From Rotaria socialis (taxonomy: Eukaryota): DNA of 64,000 nucleotides. The DNA lies in assembly GCA_905331295.1 (NCBI GenBank), contig CAJNYD010000550.1, forward strand, positions 50,606 to 114,605. Reading direction: 5' to 3'. The first letter of the stretch is position 1. Each line of letters starts with the position of its first letter. Shown piece after piece: positions 30,639 to 45,896 of this stretch. The position numbers were made by a program, and so were the translations under genes. A model generated the notes under the pieces. It worked only from the letters and a program-made list of their open reading frames with translations, was not told where the DNA came from and ran no database searches.

Positions 30639-31596
30639 GGAATTGTTTTCTTTTCATACAAACAATAACAATTACTGTATTATTGCTTCAAGTTAATCTT
30701 AAATATTTTTTCTTGTCTATACGAGATTAACTTAATGTGTGTATTTTTTCTTTGTATTTATTATATGATCAATAATCATTGTTCGTTTGTTCTTTTTTTG
30801 TTTTATCTTCGACTCATTATCTATTTGTTTGACACCTTGGTAATTTATATTATAATTATGCGTCCTGCTTAGTTTTATCTTGACAGATAAAATTGGCTAA
30901 TTATCACTGGTATAGGTAGCAAAAATAGTCGTACATTTCAAAATAACTATATTCAAAAACTAGAATACCTTCTTATGTTTCATCAATACTTTCATAGAAG
31001 TTTACTTTCTTTGAATTATACGACATTAAAGTTGTAACGTGAATAATTGTTATATACATTAGCGTATAGAGGATGTATAAAATAAATATTTAATAGAAAA
31101 AAAAAACTTAACAGTATCTACTATTTGGTAAACACATTTCGATAACTATTCAAATAATTTGCCAATCGAATGTTATTTATTACTCACAAGAACTTCAGCA
31201 TTAATATTAAATTATCAGATTACATTTAAAATAATAAACATATACTTCGATACAGAATATTTTCTGTATTTTACATTTTAAGTTTCTATACTATTCGCTT
31301 TTTGTCTCAGCAAAAAAAAATAAACAATGGTCTCGACAACTGACTCCATCTGTATCGAGTCTTTATATCAAACATTTTTTACTTATATATAATGAAAGTC
31401 AAACAAAACATACTATTGGTTGTTAACACAAGGTAGAATACCGGATCCATCGGACGTGGACAGATTTTTTTTTGTTTTGTTGGTTTGTTTACGTGTACCG
31501 TTTTTGAATCTCATCTATAACAACTTGAAAATTATTTTCTTTATTATCATTTTAGAACATCTTCCTAGTTTGATCATATAAATCAATCATTACAAC

Positions 31597-34500
31597 ATGG
31601 TAATATTTTCTAAAAGATAGCGAATTTGAAAAAAGTAAATAAATAATTTCATTACCTATTCTAGCCTCTGCGCCTTGATGTTAAGCGCAAATTGTCTGTT
31701 CGTTCAGATCGTGTTAAATGTGTTGATATTCATCCGAACGAACCATGGATCTTAGTAACACTTTATAATGGTCATGCGCATATTTATAATCATGACACTC
31801 AAGTAATTATTTGTTTTCTTTTTTTCTAATTCATTCTTATTATTTTATTTCTTTTAGCAATTAATTAAAACATTCGAAATATGTGATGTACCTGTTCGTT
31901 CAGGCAAATTTATTGTCCGAAAAAATTGGGCAGTTACTGCTTCTGTAAGTTTCATTTTCATTGATTCACTCATTTCATATTTATTCTCAAGGATGATATG
32001 CTTGTACGCGTATATAACTATAATACACTTGAAAGATTACATCAATTTGAAGCACATAGTGATTATATTCGTTCAATTGTTGTTCATCCAACACAACCTT
32101 ATATTCTTACTAGTAGTGGTATGTTTCTGTTTGGATTTTGAACACTTTTGAAGGTAAATACTTTTTCTTGTGTAGATGATATGACAATTAAATTATGGGA
32201 TTGGGATGCAAAATGGGCATTAAAACAGACTTTTGAAGGCCATATTCACTATGTAATGCAAATAGCTATTAATCCAAAAGATAATAATACATTTGCATCA
32301 GCATCACTTGATCGTACTGTCAAAGTAAGAAGAAATTTCTTAAATTATTTAACTTAAATTATTACGATTTTCGATTTAGGTATGGCAATTAGGATCTACT
32401 CAAGCAAATTTTACACTTGAAGGTCATGAAAAAGGTGTCAATTGTGTTGATTATTATTCAGGTGGTGACAAACCATATCTTGTTTCGGGTGGTGATGATC
32501 GTCTTGTGAAAATTTGGGATTATCAAGTAATTATTGTTTTTCTCATTTTTCAATAAAAACAAAATATTTTCATTTTTGTTTTTGTTCTATAGAATAAAAC
32601 ATGTGTACAAACATTAGAAGGACACTCACAAAATGTCGGTTGTGTTGCATTTCATCCTGAATTACCTATTATATTAAGTGGTTCAGAAGATGGTACTGTT
32701 AAATTGTGGCATTCAAATACATATCGTCTTGAATCAACACTTAATTATGGTCTCGAACGATGTTGGACAATAGCATGCTTGAAAGGATCAAATAATGTTG
32801 CATTAGGTTACGATGAAGGAACAATGATGATTAAAGTAAAATGATTTCAACAAAAAATAAAAATAAATTTGATTGTTCTTTTTTTCTTTTCATTAGTTGG
32901 GTCGAGAAGAACCAGCTATGTCAATGGATGCATCGACTGGTAAAATCGTGTGGGCTAAACATTGTGAAATTCAACAAGTTAATTTAAAACAATTAAATAT
33001 CGATCAACAATTGAAAGACGGAGAAAAAGTTCCATTAAATGTTAAAGAAATGGGCAGTTGTGAAATCTATCCACAAACATTATCTCATTCACCAAATGGA
33101 CGGTAGAATATTTTATTGTTTTCTAAAGTGTGAATTGAAAATATACGATTGTTTTGATTTAGATTTGTTGTTGTTTGTGGTGATGGTGAATATATTATTT
33201 ATACAGCAATAACATTACGTAATAAAAGTTATGGTAGTGCTATGGAATTTGTTTGGTCACAAGATTCATCCGAATATGCTGTACGCGATGGAAATATGGT
33301 TAAAATATTTAAAAATTTCAAAGAAAAGAAAACATTTAAACCTGAAGCTGGCGCAGAAAATATTTTTGGTGGATCACTTTTAGGTGTTAGATCATATTCT
33401 GGTCTATCATTTTACGATTGGGAAACAACGACTTTAATTCGTCGTATTGAAATTGCACCAAAAACTGTATGACTATTCTTCACAAGCTTTTCTTTATATG
33501 ATCGAATGATTTGTTCGTTTATAGCTTTATTGGAGTCAAAATGGTGAATTAGTTTGCATTGCAACAGAAGAGTCATATTATGTTCTACGGTATAATCCTC
33601 AAGCTGTAGCAGCTGCAACGACAAACAAAGAGCTTGTATCGGAAGATGGAATTGAGGATGCATTTGATGTAAGCTTTTTTTTGCTATTCGATGATCTAAT
33701 CAGATACGCGCCAGTAACTATTTGATTGTTATTCTCTGAGTCATATTCAATGAACATTTACTCTTGCAACGGGATATGTTTAAACAGACCATATGGAGTG
33801 ACCTGTCAAAATGCTGTTTTTGACATATGTCAATACTATTGTTGTAAGGAAATTTACGCAGTCAGAAAATCCTATTCAAAAATTGTAAAAAGGGTCTAGT
33901 CTCGATATTTATTCAAATTCATTTTATTGCTAACAGTAAAATTAAAATATAGTGTTTGATTTTCAAGAGAAAATCCCATCAATATAGATTTGTTTTTTTA
34001 AAGCTTTGAGTGTTAACTCTTTATTAAAAACATATCATGCATTCAGAATCAGTGTAAATATATATATATATATATAGCCATATACTGCATATTCTTACAG
34101 AATTGCCGTCACCACACCAGTCGCTGTTATTTTCGAAAGTATATGTTTGTTCTTGCCAAGATCGATGCTTAAATGAATATTAATTTTGAGTATTGAGTTT
34201 ACTAATCAGTTGTGCTATTTTTAATATTAGAAGACAAATCTGTATTTATGATATTTTTCTGAATTTTCAAACAATATGAAGAGTAAAAGAAAGAAAAACA
34301 AACTCGTTTTGTATTGCTGGCATCTAATATGATATAACTGTTATTGTCAATAGAGTATCAATAAAAATCTGTTGATTAATATTTAACTTACCTTTTAAAT
34401 TTCTTAGGCACTTAGTGAAATACCTGAAATAGTGAGAACAGGTGTATGGGTTGGCGATTGTTTTATGTATACGAATTCTCTTAATCGTATAAATTATTAT

Positions 34501-36419
34501 GTTGGTGGTGAAATTGTAACAATATCACACTTGGATAGGTAATTTTTGAAAAAAAAACATTTTTTTTTCTATTGAGTTAATTAATTTGAATTCGTTTATT
34601 TTAGAGTAATGTATTTATTAGGTTATGTTTCCAATGAAAATCGTCTTTATTTGGGTGATAAAGAAATGTCTATTGTATCGTTTGAATTATCCTTAGCCGT
34701 ACTTGAATATCAAACAGCTGTTATGCGTAAAGATTTTGAAACAGCTGATCAAGTTCTTCCAACAATTGCAAAAGAGCAACGAACACGTGTTGCACATTTT
34801 CTTGAAAAACAAGTTTGTGTTATTTGTTATTTAACATGACAACAATTTAATTATCCGCCCCCCTCTCTCTCTGATCTGTATTTTTCTAGGGTTATCGTCA
34901 ACAAGCATTGGCTGTTACATTGGACAATGAACATAAATTTGATTTAGCACTTCAATTAGGAAATTTAACTGTTTGTTATGAGCTCGCAGTTGAAATGGAA
35001 AATGAACAAAAGTGGTTACAATTATCTGAGCTTGCAACAAAAGCTGGAGATTTAAATTTAGTACAAGAATGTTTAACACGAGCACAATCATTTGGTTCAC
35101 TTATTTTATTAGCAAGTGCATCAAGCAATAAGCAATTAATGTCAACCATTGGTGAACAATCAAGAAAAAATGGACAATTCAATATAGCTTTTCTATCCAA
35201 TTTTGTATTGGGAAAATTAGATACATGTTTAGATATTCTTATTGAAAATCAACGTATACCTGAAGCAGCTTTCTTTGCTCGAACATATTTACCATCACAA
35301 ATTGGTCGCATTGTTAATTTATGGCGAGAGAAATTAAAACAAATGAATATGGAACGTTCAGCACAAGCATTAGCTAATCCAACTGATTATGAAAATCTGT
35401 TCCCAGGTCTTGTTGATACATACAAAACAGAACAATTTTTAAAAGAAGAAGCAAAAACTCATTTAGCTCGTGATTTTCCAACAATACACGTAAGAAATTC
35501 ATTTTACTTGAAGATTTTCCTATATTTCATTATGTTTCAGCCCAATTGGGAACGAAATCCTGTTGCTGAAATGAAAGAAGCGGAAGAAAATGAGGAGTTT
35601 TTTTATCATCCAGTGCAATTGAAAAAAGACACTAAAGATGAAAATGATGATGATAATGAAAATTTTTCTGACGCAAATGAATCACCTAAGCAAGTACCAC
35701 CATCTCAAACGAAGCAAACACCAATCGATCCTCCTGCAACAACACACAAAGTATTCAAAAATCATAAAAGAAGAATAATTGTGTTTTTTAAATTTATGAT
35801 ACATTTTTAGACAAGTACTGAATCATCGGTAATAAGTAAATTAATTTCAGCTGCTCCCACATCAGCAACAAGTTCATCTGATCGTGCACGTTCTCAGTCT
35901 CCAATGACTAAACCAGTTATTTTGCCACCAACAACAAAAGAGAAAACTCCTCCTCCACCAAGTGTTCCTGCACCATCAGCAATATCCAAAGCAGCAAGTG
36001 ATATTAAACCAACGGCTGCTGCTGTTCGCAAAACATCATTGAGCGATCTTGAAAAAGAACTTCAAGAATTCGATATAGACGTCGATAAAGATGATGTAAG
36101 CGACGTTGAAATTGAGCCATCAACAGGAGCTAATAAAAAATCTGCTGATGAGGATGAGGTAAAAATGTTCAAATAGAGATTTGTTCGCAGTGGGAAAAAA
36201 AATCATAACATATTAGTTGCACGTGGATTAACAAAGCATGCTCTTTATTCTTCTATTTTATTTATTTTTTTTTGGGAGGGGGGTATAGATATAGCATGAT
36301 AACACTAATATAATATACTTTTTTTTTAAATAAATTTTAATCACATATATTTTTTTATATATATTTAGGATCTTCAATTTGATGATGATGATGTAGATGA
36401 ATTTCTCAGAGATACTTGA
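31597..36419 (+). CDS. COPB2: Coatomer subunit beta' (many exons; ATG-only first coding exon; last exon probably 36369-36419)
   Basis: [113 protein letters not shown] and an acidic C-terminus [16 protein letters not shown]. The last-exon choice is inferred. Confidence 0.97.
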
Positions 36420-37847
36420 ATTCAATTGAATATCATCATGTGATATAGATATATCAAGTTGTCTACCGTATTCCATGCATACAAGCATACAAATAACTCT
36501 ATATCTTTATTTCTTTCTTCTCGCTTTCTTCTTTTTCTTTTCTTTGTAACTTATCGTCAATACTATTGTTTTACCAACGTTGTTGTTTTTTTTCTTTTTA
36601 GCACTATATAGACACATATGGTTATTACAATTTTCCTTTGATTTATTCGATCTGAAATAAGCGAAACACATATTTAACGCGAATTGCTTTATTAAAGTTT
36701 TTCTTCTTCTTCTTTTTATGATGCGGAACATAAGTCTAATTCAAGTTTTTCTTTTCTTTCTTTCTTTGTTTGTTCATTTCATTTTTGTTATTATTTAAAA
36801 GAAACCGTGCGTGTTTGTCTGTATGGGTGTTTGACGATTTGCAGAAGATGATAAAATTCTTTACTATAATTATTCAATAGGCTACAAACGACATCTGATC
36901 AAGAGATGAAAACTCTCAGGCATCGAGATGTTAGAAGAGTTTTCTTTGTTAACAAAAAAAAAGATTTCTATATCAATAATCAGTTCGATAGAAATTAATG
37001 TATATCTTACTACACCAGATATTGTTTTACAAATAAATAGACATTTAAATCAAATTGAAACCGAAATAATGCAAGCTAGTTTTGGAAGAACTCTTCGAAT
37101 AGTTCATTTGATTGTAGCGCAATTATTGAAAACGATAAGATCAGATCACTTTTACAAGCATTTTGAACTTAAATTAAATTGTCCTACATACATACTTCGT
37201 ACTCGAAACCAAGCCGGCAGATCGACTAGTGCAAGTTTAGAATATACATCAATATAGCGCCGAAATGTCGGCACCAAAGTTGTATATTTTGGATGCGGGT
37301 GATCGGGCGAAAAGTTAGGTTTAAGTGTGGGTCTTGGTATGGACTTGAGTAAGAGCGGGCGTATTTCGTGCCCTGAATGAAGAAACAATGTTCCCAAAAG
37401 CTGAAATTAGTCCAGAAATGAATCGCAGATTATATATATTGTTTCCACATACCATAGTTTATCAAGAATTTTATCAAATATTCCATTAACATTCATTTGT
37501 TATTTTCATTCAATAGGCCTTTTGGCACAAAGTCTTAGATTAATGATCTCGATCAGTTAATGGGCAATGAAGTCTATGGAGTGGCACTAATTCAAAATGA
37601 ACATGAAATATCAACAAAAAATGATATTCTCTCGAAAGTTTTCATGAAATTTATAAAAACCTCTGAAAATATTACATTAAAATGTGATTCTATTCCAGTG
37701 AACAAGAATGAAATACTCATATACAAAATAAGCAACCTGATTGAACGATAATGCTAAGTTTAAGGCATATTAACGGACCGTATCTGGCCATGGTGGTCAC
37801 CGGATGGATAGTTCAACTTTCATTGATTTATACGTCATTGTATCGTC

Positions 37848-37960
37848 TTGTTGATAGGTTGTTATTCAATTGATATGTGGAATTGTTTCTCACGTTTAGT
37901 TGAAAAACTACCACGTACAAACAATTCCTATGAAGGATATAATCGAACTATTAAAGTATT
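37848..37960 (+). pseudogene. MULE/Mutator-type transposase remnant
   Basis: YSIDMWNCFSRLVEKLPRTNNSYEGYNR matches the WN....R.....PRTNN..EG motif around the catalytic Glu of MULE transposases. No continuous upstream ORF. Confidence 0.75.
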
Positions 37961-37997
37961 TCTGCCCAAATTTAGCACAAAAGAATCCATCAATCTA

Positions 37998-38162
37998 TTC
38001 AGGTCAAATACGTACGGCGGGAAACAGTCTAATCCGGTGATTTTCCATCGAGTTTCGAAAAGTTTTCCGATCTCCGTTTACAGCAGGATTCTGAGTACTT
38101 TTCCGATTGTTTCCTTTTGACGATCGGAAACGAAGGAATACCCGGATTGCACCGTTTGACCT
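37998..38162. mobile_element. Short CpG-rich MITE with AGGTCAAA...TTTGACCT inverted ends
   Basis: 8-bp perfect inverted pair (38001-38008 and 38155-38162), interior rich in TCCG/CGGA, termini similar to the element at 20590. Confidence 0.55.
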
Positions 38163-41100
38163 ACCGGATCCGAAAAATAAGAACTATTCGATGCTTCCTT
38201 TTTCTAATTGAAAAAAATTTGTGAATTTCAAGGATAAGTACATATTTCTTATTGGAAGTACGAATCTGCAGAATTACTGCTTAGAGTTGACTTGAAATCA
38301 ACACATTAATGAATTTAATTGGATTTTATTGTTGAGTCTGCCACATAAAATCTTTACGATATAGTGTTAATCTAACTAATTTTGATTTATATTACATATA
38401 ACCTAATGTAATACCAATTACTTTTGGCATAAACCCCATTAAAATTGGATTACCGACATGGAGTATGAATAGGATGATCACAGTTTAATTGGTCACATTT
38501 TTGTATGTGTTTACTCTATCTGCTACTAAGATGGTTAGTAAAGGAGTCAAAATTTTATTTTTATTTTCTCACTGTATGTGTATAACATTTTAATATTTTT
38601 AAGCAATAGCTATCAGCAATTATAAAATCTGGGGCGAATGACAGCACTTTTTTACATCGAAATAATTGCTCATATCTTTGATGTTTGTGTCTAAATCGAT
38701 TAACACTTGATAATAGTTTAAGGTAGATCATCATCTTATATAGCCATGTAGAAGTACAAAAAGTGCATAGAGATAGATTAGAAAAATATTTCTGATTAAT
38801 TATTGATTCGAAAGGAATTCATTATAAGAAATAAAAACTCTAAAATTGAAATAATTTCGTGCATCCACACCCTCAAATTGGACAATAACCTATGGAGAAA
38901 CTTTAGAATAAGCATCAAGTGTAATAAATTATTTTGTGTGTTAATGTTGAAGCTCGTAATCAACCTGTGCTGATTTGAATCGCTGATAATCAATTTTATA
39001 TTAATAATGATTCCATCATGATTCAAGCACATCAAAGTTATCGATTGATAGAGTTTGCGTTGTTTGATTATTTTTTAATAAAATGCCTTAACCGTAAGAA
39101 TAACTTCATTTTAATATTGCTGAAATGCTGATTAACTTAACTGAGATTTTTGTCTAATATTTTTAACCTTTAAGATGAAATAAGCAGTCATTCAAAGCGT
39201 AATCAATCAAAGTGCAACAAATTCATAAGATATCCAAATAGTATGAAGATAGATTTTTAGCTACAGTGAGATTGAGATTTAGATTGATTTTAACCTAGCT
39301 TTTACACATAAAAAAAGACTGATGTGGTATAATCTTTAATAGACATTGAATTTTAAAAAAAAACAGTAAAATTAATCGTGATATTTTCTACTCCTCACTC
39401 TACTCAATGCATAATGTCTGTCAGATACATGAATTTCATTTTAATTCGAGAAGAGCAAACATATATAGTTTCACTTCCGTTCTAAAATGATCTCACAGAA
39501 GATATCAATAAATGATAAACTTTTCCGTCGTTTCCTATGATTCAGCAAAGCATATCAGATGACATTTCCATAACAGCGATAAGGATAACTACAATCTCTT
39601 TTGTCATATAATTCCAGATCTAGAACTACGAAAAAGTATTTCGACGTATATATCCAATCTGACTGGTTTGTGACATTTTACACATTTTCACGGCTTTCTA
39701 AGGATTTCGATATACATTGAAAAATATTGGAAAGCATTAGAAATTTTTCGCAACACAAGAATTCGGAAATACAGATCTTTTTTGTTTCCTTTCAATTCTC
39801 ACCTGCGTACACTTGATGCTGGTGCACATTAAAGAGCTATGGAAAATCACAATGTATGTGACCTACTGTATCTTGACTGAAATATTTTTTTCTATATATT
39901 CAAGCAATATGTTACCGAAAGTGAATTATCACATAGGAAGTCTCTTAAGGGTATAACGAACTCGAAGCTCTCCAGATGTCTTTCTAGTGGCTGGCAATCA
40001 AGACTTTTTATGGTTTCTTTATATATCGTGATATTTCTACCGTTCACTAACAGAAAGTGTCAAAAACAGCTTGACTAATGATATTACATAACACGGATTA
40101 TTCAGAAATAGATGATATTGGTCCTATAAATAGAACAGCACACACTAACATAGTTAGTTCATTCTAATCGTACCACTTTTAGCAGTAATATGGATCGAAA
40201 ATTAACTAAAATCACAAGAAAAGTTCATTCAGCAGTAACTATGTGTTTAGGTCACCACCACTATGGTAGATCATTATCAATACAGTTGAAGTGCTTTACA
40301 CACCTGATATGTGAGTTACATGTGAAAATTTTAAACATCTTTCAAATCTATTTCAAAGAAAGATCTTACGAGATATTTGAAGAATGATTGAAAAACGTTC
40401 AAATCGTTCGAATTGACCTGAGATTATATTTATTCCACACCCACATTCAGAATAGACTCAGTCATAGGTAAACCAATATGACAAAAGACTCCATAATCAA
40501 AGTGTCTTGTGTATGTCTTGCGCAGAGCTTATAAAAGCATTCTATAACAGATAAGCAAGATAAACGAAAATCGGCTTTCTTCCGCATCATTTTAAATTGC
40601 CGTCTAACTATTTAACATTCATCGAATGCGGGCTGCTACACTCATATATACAGCTCGCTTATTAGGACATTAGACTCTTCTTTTAAAAAAATTAAAATAG
40701 TTTTATTAGACGTACTGCTCGAGACAAACATCTTTCCAAATTCATAACTAAAAGTAAAGTAAAAAATCTTAACCCACTTCACAATTAAGAATATAGGCCG
40801 CAATGGGGATTCAACTTATGCTTTTATCTATGTACTTTCACAAATAAAAAAGAATCATATATTTATCGCTACGCACTAATATATCCTCCTAACTGATTGA
40901 AAATCGAAAAATAAATACGGTCTCATACATCAACACCGAAAGATAGAAGTAATTTCCCGTCCTTCTTAGAAACATCGATGATGGATCTTCGATCGCATAA
41001 TCGTTGTGTATTTCAACTAATTATACTTTCACGTAGCAGTCTATCATATGGGCACACTGACCAAAGAATCATTTTAAAACATCCTCCTCAGTTCACTAGT

Positions 41101-42209
41101 AACACCAACTAGAAAAGCAAATTCGTAAAAGTAAGCATATTTTGTGTTTCTTCTCCTCTTATACCTTCTACTTTAGGCAATTCGAAGTATTTCTCGGTGG
41201 ATTTCAGGTGAAAGATCTTCAATAATACACACTAAATTATAAACTATTGTATCTATTTGTCGCAAGTTATAATGTTGGCGATTCGATTATGAAAAAGAGT
41301 CACAATTAGAATTTGCCGCAAAAAATGGTCCGGATCCATGTACACCATATACAATCATCGTTTTATTTTGCAGAAAGATCTCTATATAAGCAACTCAACT
41401 TCAGATACAAAACTTATATTTTCATAGAGATTATTCCCACTTATCTCTTTACCAGCAATCACTTTCGATACATGATTTTCAAGGTTCTTTCTGGGTAATT
41501 AAACGATAATTAGGGTATTTCAGAGTCTCACTCATTATTATAAAAGAAAAAATCTCTCACGGTAACAACTTTGCAACTTTTGCATCCTAATTTTTATTCT
41601 CCATTATTTATTCAGCAGCAAAAAGTAGTCTCAATTCATGAATTTTAATATTTTATACCTATTGAATGCATTTTAACCAGCCATTACAAAGCATAATTAC
41701 TAACACTTCAACGGTAGAGTCATTGAAAGCTCTTCTTCACATAATAACTCTCATCTGAGATATTTAACAATCGAGTTCATACCGTTTGAAATCAAAATGT
41801 CTGGAAAAAAAACTCTAAGTCAATATCTTCGATTTGAAAGTCGCCTTCACTGACCCTTATCTAGAAAGATCATTAAAGATCTTTTTGGGTCCATACCACT
41901 TGTTTGAGTTTTTTTTCTAAGTCCACTTTTTTGTGTTTCAATCAGAAGGATTACTAAAGATCTTCCACGTTCTATCATTTCAATTTCAGATATTTGAAAG
42001 TTCGATTCATTGCATTTCTTCAAAAAGAATAATCAAAAGCATTTCGAAATACCTCAAAAAAGAGATCTTTAAGGATCCTTTTTGATAAAAGTGAATCAAT
42101 GCTGCTTTCAAATACCTCAAATGGGAGCTAATGAATTAAAAAGACTTTCAAGGGTATTTCTCCGTTGATTTCGAGGAAGAAGTCTTCAAAATACCTGAAG
42201 TTTATAGTA

Positions 42210-42691
42210 GTCAGGTTGGGATCTGTTTGCGTCTGCAATGGTATAGTGAATGATTTTGAAGCAGTGCGTGAGATTATTGGCGTTAGGGAAGCTGACTGGA
42301 AATTTACTTTTTTGCGGGTGCGATTATCTAGAATGACGAGGTGTGGCGGTGCCGATAAATCTGCGCACGATTTCAGGAAGATTGGAGCTTCCAAAATTTC
42401 CCCAGTTGGAATCGGTCGGATTTCGTTAGTTCCGTCGTGTGTTCCGTTTGTATTCATTTTGATCACGGATCGATTCCGGGAATTTTTCTCAATGGTTACG
42501 GTGGCGAGAATAGTGCGGAATATTCCGGTTACAATATGGTGATTTCCAAACGGAATACTGCTTCCACTTTCCGGATAGTTTCCGGTTCGTTTTCGGTTGT
42601 AATGTACTTGGAAACCACCGGAAGTATCGAGAAATTGCGTCGTTTCCTTCCGTTTCCGGTCGTTTCCGGAGTCCGGAATCATCGACCTAGG
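42210..42691. mobile_element. CpG-rich MITE-like element (TCCGG/CCGGA arrays); right end TCGACCTAGG, left end uncertain
   Basis: Right terminus (42682-42691) resembles TCGACCTGGG at 20865-20874 and is followed by TA. The GC-rich zone starts near TA|GTCAGGTTGG at ~42210, a weak inverted match. Confidence 0.6.
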
Positions 42692-43933
42692 TATTCTCTA
42701 TGATTGAGATCATTTTTTATAATCCAAGAAACCATCTCATCTATAGGTGTATATTACTACGACAAAATATATGCATTGGTCTGTAGCTAAAAGAAAATCA
42801 TTATCAACAGGAGTAAAAAATAAATCCTTTGAAAAACAATTAATTGTTATAAAAATCAATGTAGATTGAAAAGAGAAAAATATACAACAGTGAACCACGA
42901 TCATCATTTGCTTGTAGTTGAATTCAACGGAAGTTTTCTTCGATTCATTTCAGTTAAAAAATTTATATCAAAGTCATACATATGTTCAAAGAACAATTGC
43001 TAAAATCAATTGAAGCTTTTCTTCTAAAAAAAATGAGATGTCGAATATGATCACATGCATTACGAACTGAAAAATATGATGATAGCGATGAAAATATTGA
43101 GTAAACAAAGCTCAGTAATTATTGTTTTCAGTTGAAATAATCATAATTTTTGTTTATTTGTTTAATACTGTATAACAACATTTGAATTAACATCAAAATT
43201 CAGTGAACAATATATTTACGAGTCATAGTTATGTGTAAGGGTGAGAATCAAAGAAAAAATAGCAAAGGTTTCAAAATCTAAATACCTTAGATTTCAATAA
43301 AATAACTAAGAAACCCGAACGTCGTTAAGGAGTCGCTCTTTCAAGACAGTTAAACTTGTCTGCATATAGAATGAAGAACTATCAAAATTTTCAATTCAGT
43401 CTAATTCATGACTGTACTATTCGAAAAATCAAAACATAATGAAAATATCAGTTCTTGTATTTTATATTGTATCTAATCCGTTGTTTTCATAGTTTGACTT
43501 AATTTCATATTTTCGAATCGAAAATTACTCAAACTCTCACAAACGAATACATAAAATTTATATTTATGCAAGAAAATGATATTGATGAAAATTCAATACG
43601 TAAAAAAACTGCTGATGATTATCAAAGAGAACACGATTGTAGAACACAATGAATCACATCGAACAGTAACTTTAATTTAATATCAAAATAAAGAATTTTC
43701 TTGACATAAAACAATGTTTTCAACTATTTGATAATTATTTCTACTACTAGGACAAGAATGAATTTGAAACACTTTAAAATATTCTCAGAGAAAATTATAT
43801 GCACACTCTATGATGTGTTTTAATTATTTCTACCAATCTCTGATCTTTTTCTTGATTAACTATTTTTATTATTACTGCGGGCAAAGCATTTTAAATTGTT
43901 TTACCTTGTCCAATTGTATTTCTTCTGAGTCTA

Positions 43934-45515
43934 CCCATGTAAACACGAAACGCGTGTAGACGCGGTTATAAGTAAATCACGTGCAGATGCGGTTAGAAAA
44001 TAACTAAAGAAGCGCAGTTGCGTGTGATTTTCCGTGAAACGCGCTTTCACGCAGTTTTAATAGAACGTCTGCCGCACCTGGAGGCGTTTGTTATTGAAAT
44101 TTCATCTGCCTATGACTTTCAAAATTTATTCTAGGTATTTAACATAGAATTTAGAGAGAAAATTGGTTCTGGAAAATCACAGTAAGCCATGTACCGTTTT
44201 ATTATCATAGTTTAGCACGGAGATATGAAGAAATGATTAGTACAGAGATCTACTTGCTTAATATACAAATAAACAAAGCATCTGTGGTAAAATGCTCAAT
44301 ATCTTTTGAGAAGCTGCATGTCTTCACATTTGTTTTCAGACTACACAAGTGAAGATCAATCTATTGCGGCTACGGAACTCGACCTTATACTTTCTATTGA
44401 TTATTTTTTCCTAGAACATATAGTAAATTTTAAGAGTATTGATTTACTCTTTTCTTTATCAGCGCTATATACGACATTGGTGTTTCAACTTATTTGTTTG
44501 ATATTTTCCAATGTAGTGTTATTGTATTAATTCAATATCCCCATTAATTGAACAAACCTAAATAGCTTTCAAAATTTCAAAATCGAAAGATTTCATTCAA
44601 ATAAAATATGATTCTATTGTTAATTTTTCTTCAGCCTTAAACAAGTTTATCAAAGCTTTAGAAATATCTCAATCAATATTTTGATTTTGATTTCCGGTAA
44701 TCATAGCTAAAATGTTTTTTTCATATATCTTTTTGCTAAACAAGAAAAACAAAAAGAAAGAATAAATTCAATTTTTTATGAACTGTAATAGATCAATAAT
44801 AGTTTATGAAAAATCTATACTATAAGCTGAAGAACCACGTATAATTTTTAAAAAAAGATGCAAAAACCATTTTTTCAAAAGAAAAAAAATTAAAGAAATT
44901 TACAAAAGCAAATTGAATACTCGGTTTCTTTTATTATACATATTTTTTCAAATGATCACATATATGCGCTAGAAAAGTTCATATACTATCTGAATTGAGA
45001 ACATTTATTGACACATTCACGTGTAAATAAGACATTGAACCACGATTCACATATACTTTCAGTTTCATTCGACAACGATTGTGGTCACATGTGGCTTCAC
45101 GGCATGTATACTTGCTTCGCAATCACAACTTCACTTGTTCTAATCTCATTTCTATCATTTCACATACATCAAAAATTCAGCATTCCGTTTGGCTATGTTA
45201 GCTGCAGATCAAACATGAGACGGATTGCAATTATTTTTTAATTAAAAAAATATCGCGTCACACGCATCGAAACGCGACTAGTTTGGAACCGCGTCTCCAT
45301 TGAAACATTTCTTGCGTTTAGACGCGATTTTATATCGAACCGCGGCTGATTGCGATCTATTTAGCAACCGCGTCTGACCGAGCTTTTTCTTAAATCGCGA
45401 TAAGACGCAAGAAATGTTTCATCTAGGCTGCGTCTAGCCGCGTTCGATTGCTGCGATTTAAACTCAAACGAAACGCGAATCAGACGCGTTTTTATTCAAA
45501 AAATATTTACATGGG
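43934..45515. mobile_element. Non-autonomous CMC/EnSpm-like element (~1.58 kb)
   Basis: Perfect 10-bp TIR CCCATGTAAA ... TTTACATGGG. Subterminal clusters of ACGCG/CGCGT/CCGCG at ~43950-44075 and ~45250-45490 surround an AT-rich core. Flanks TA/AA. Confidence 0.8.
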
Positions 45516-45896
45516 AAGCAATATAATCGGCTACTTTTTCTATCATATACCAGATCTGGGTAACTCAGCGCAAAATAAGAGTCAATTTAATTCAATCCAA
45601 TTCAACTAGCTTCATGGATTCAATTGCATTGAGCTGACTTTCGTGGTTCTACCATGTATTGGTACGATGATATATTACATTTATTCGAGTATTTTTATAA
45701 GATGACTGTAGCTGGAGAAACTATGATCCTTGAAAATTAAAATTGAAAAAAGACATCATGACGAATTATTATTTCCCTTAAGTTTATATACTTCTTCCTA
45801 CGCAATCGATAATCCTATAATTACATTATAATCGATTGTAACACATTATGTTTCAAATAATACATGAAAATTAATGAAATAGGCTGCATAATCATA

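Noticed and set aside
36191..36208. Alternative COPB2 last exon WEKKS*
   Set aside because: Needs a 32-nt intron, shorter than others here; the acidic exon at 36369 fits COPB2 better.
38567..39271. TCTCACTG|TA and TA|CAGTGAGA as Tc1/mariner ends
   Set aside because: They face outward rather than enclosing an element and the match is too short.
39580..39780. TPR-like fragment (KYWKALEIF)
   Set aside because: Too short and interrupted by stops to support a call.
42128..42703. Three overlapping ORFs up to 184 aa
   Set aside because: Explained by the GC-rich repetitive MITE sequence; no domain signal.
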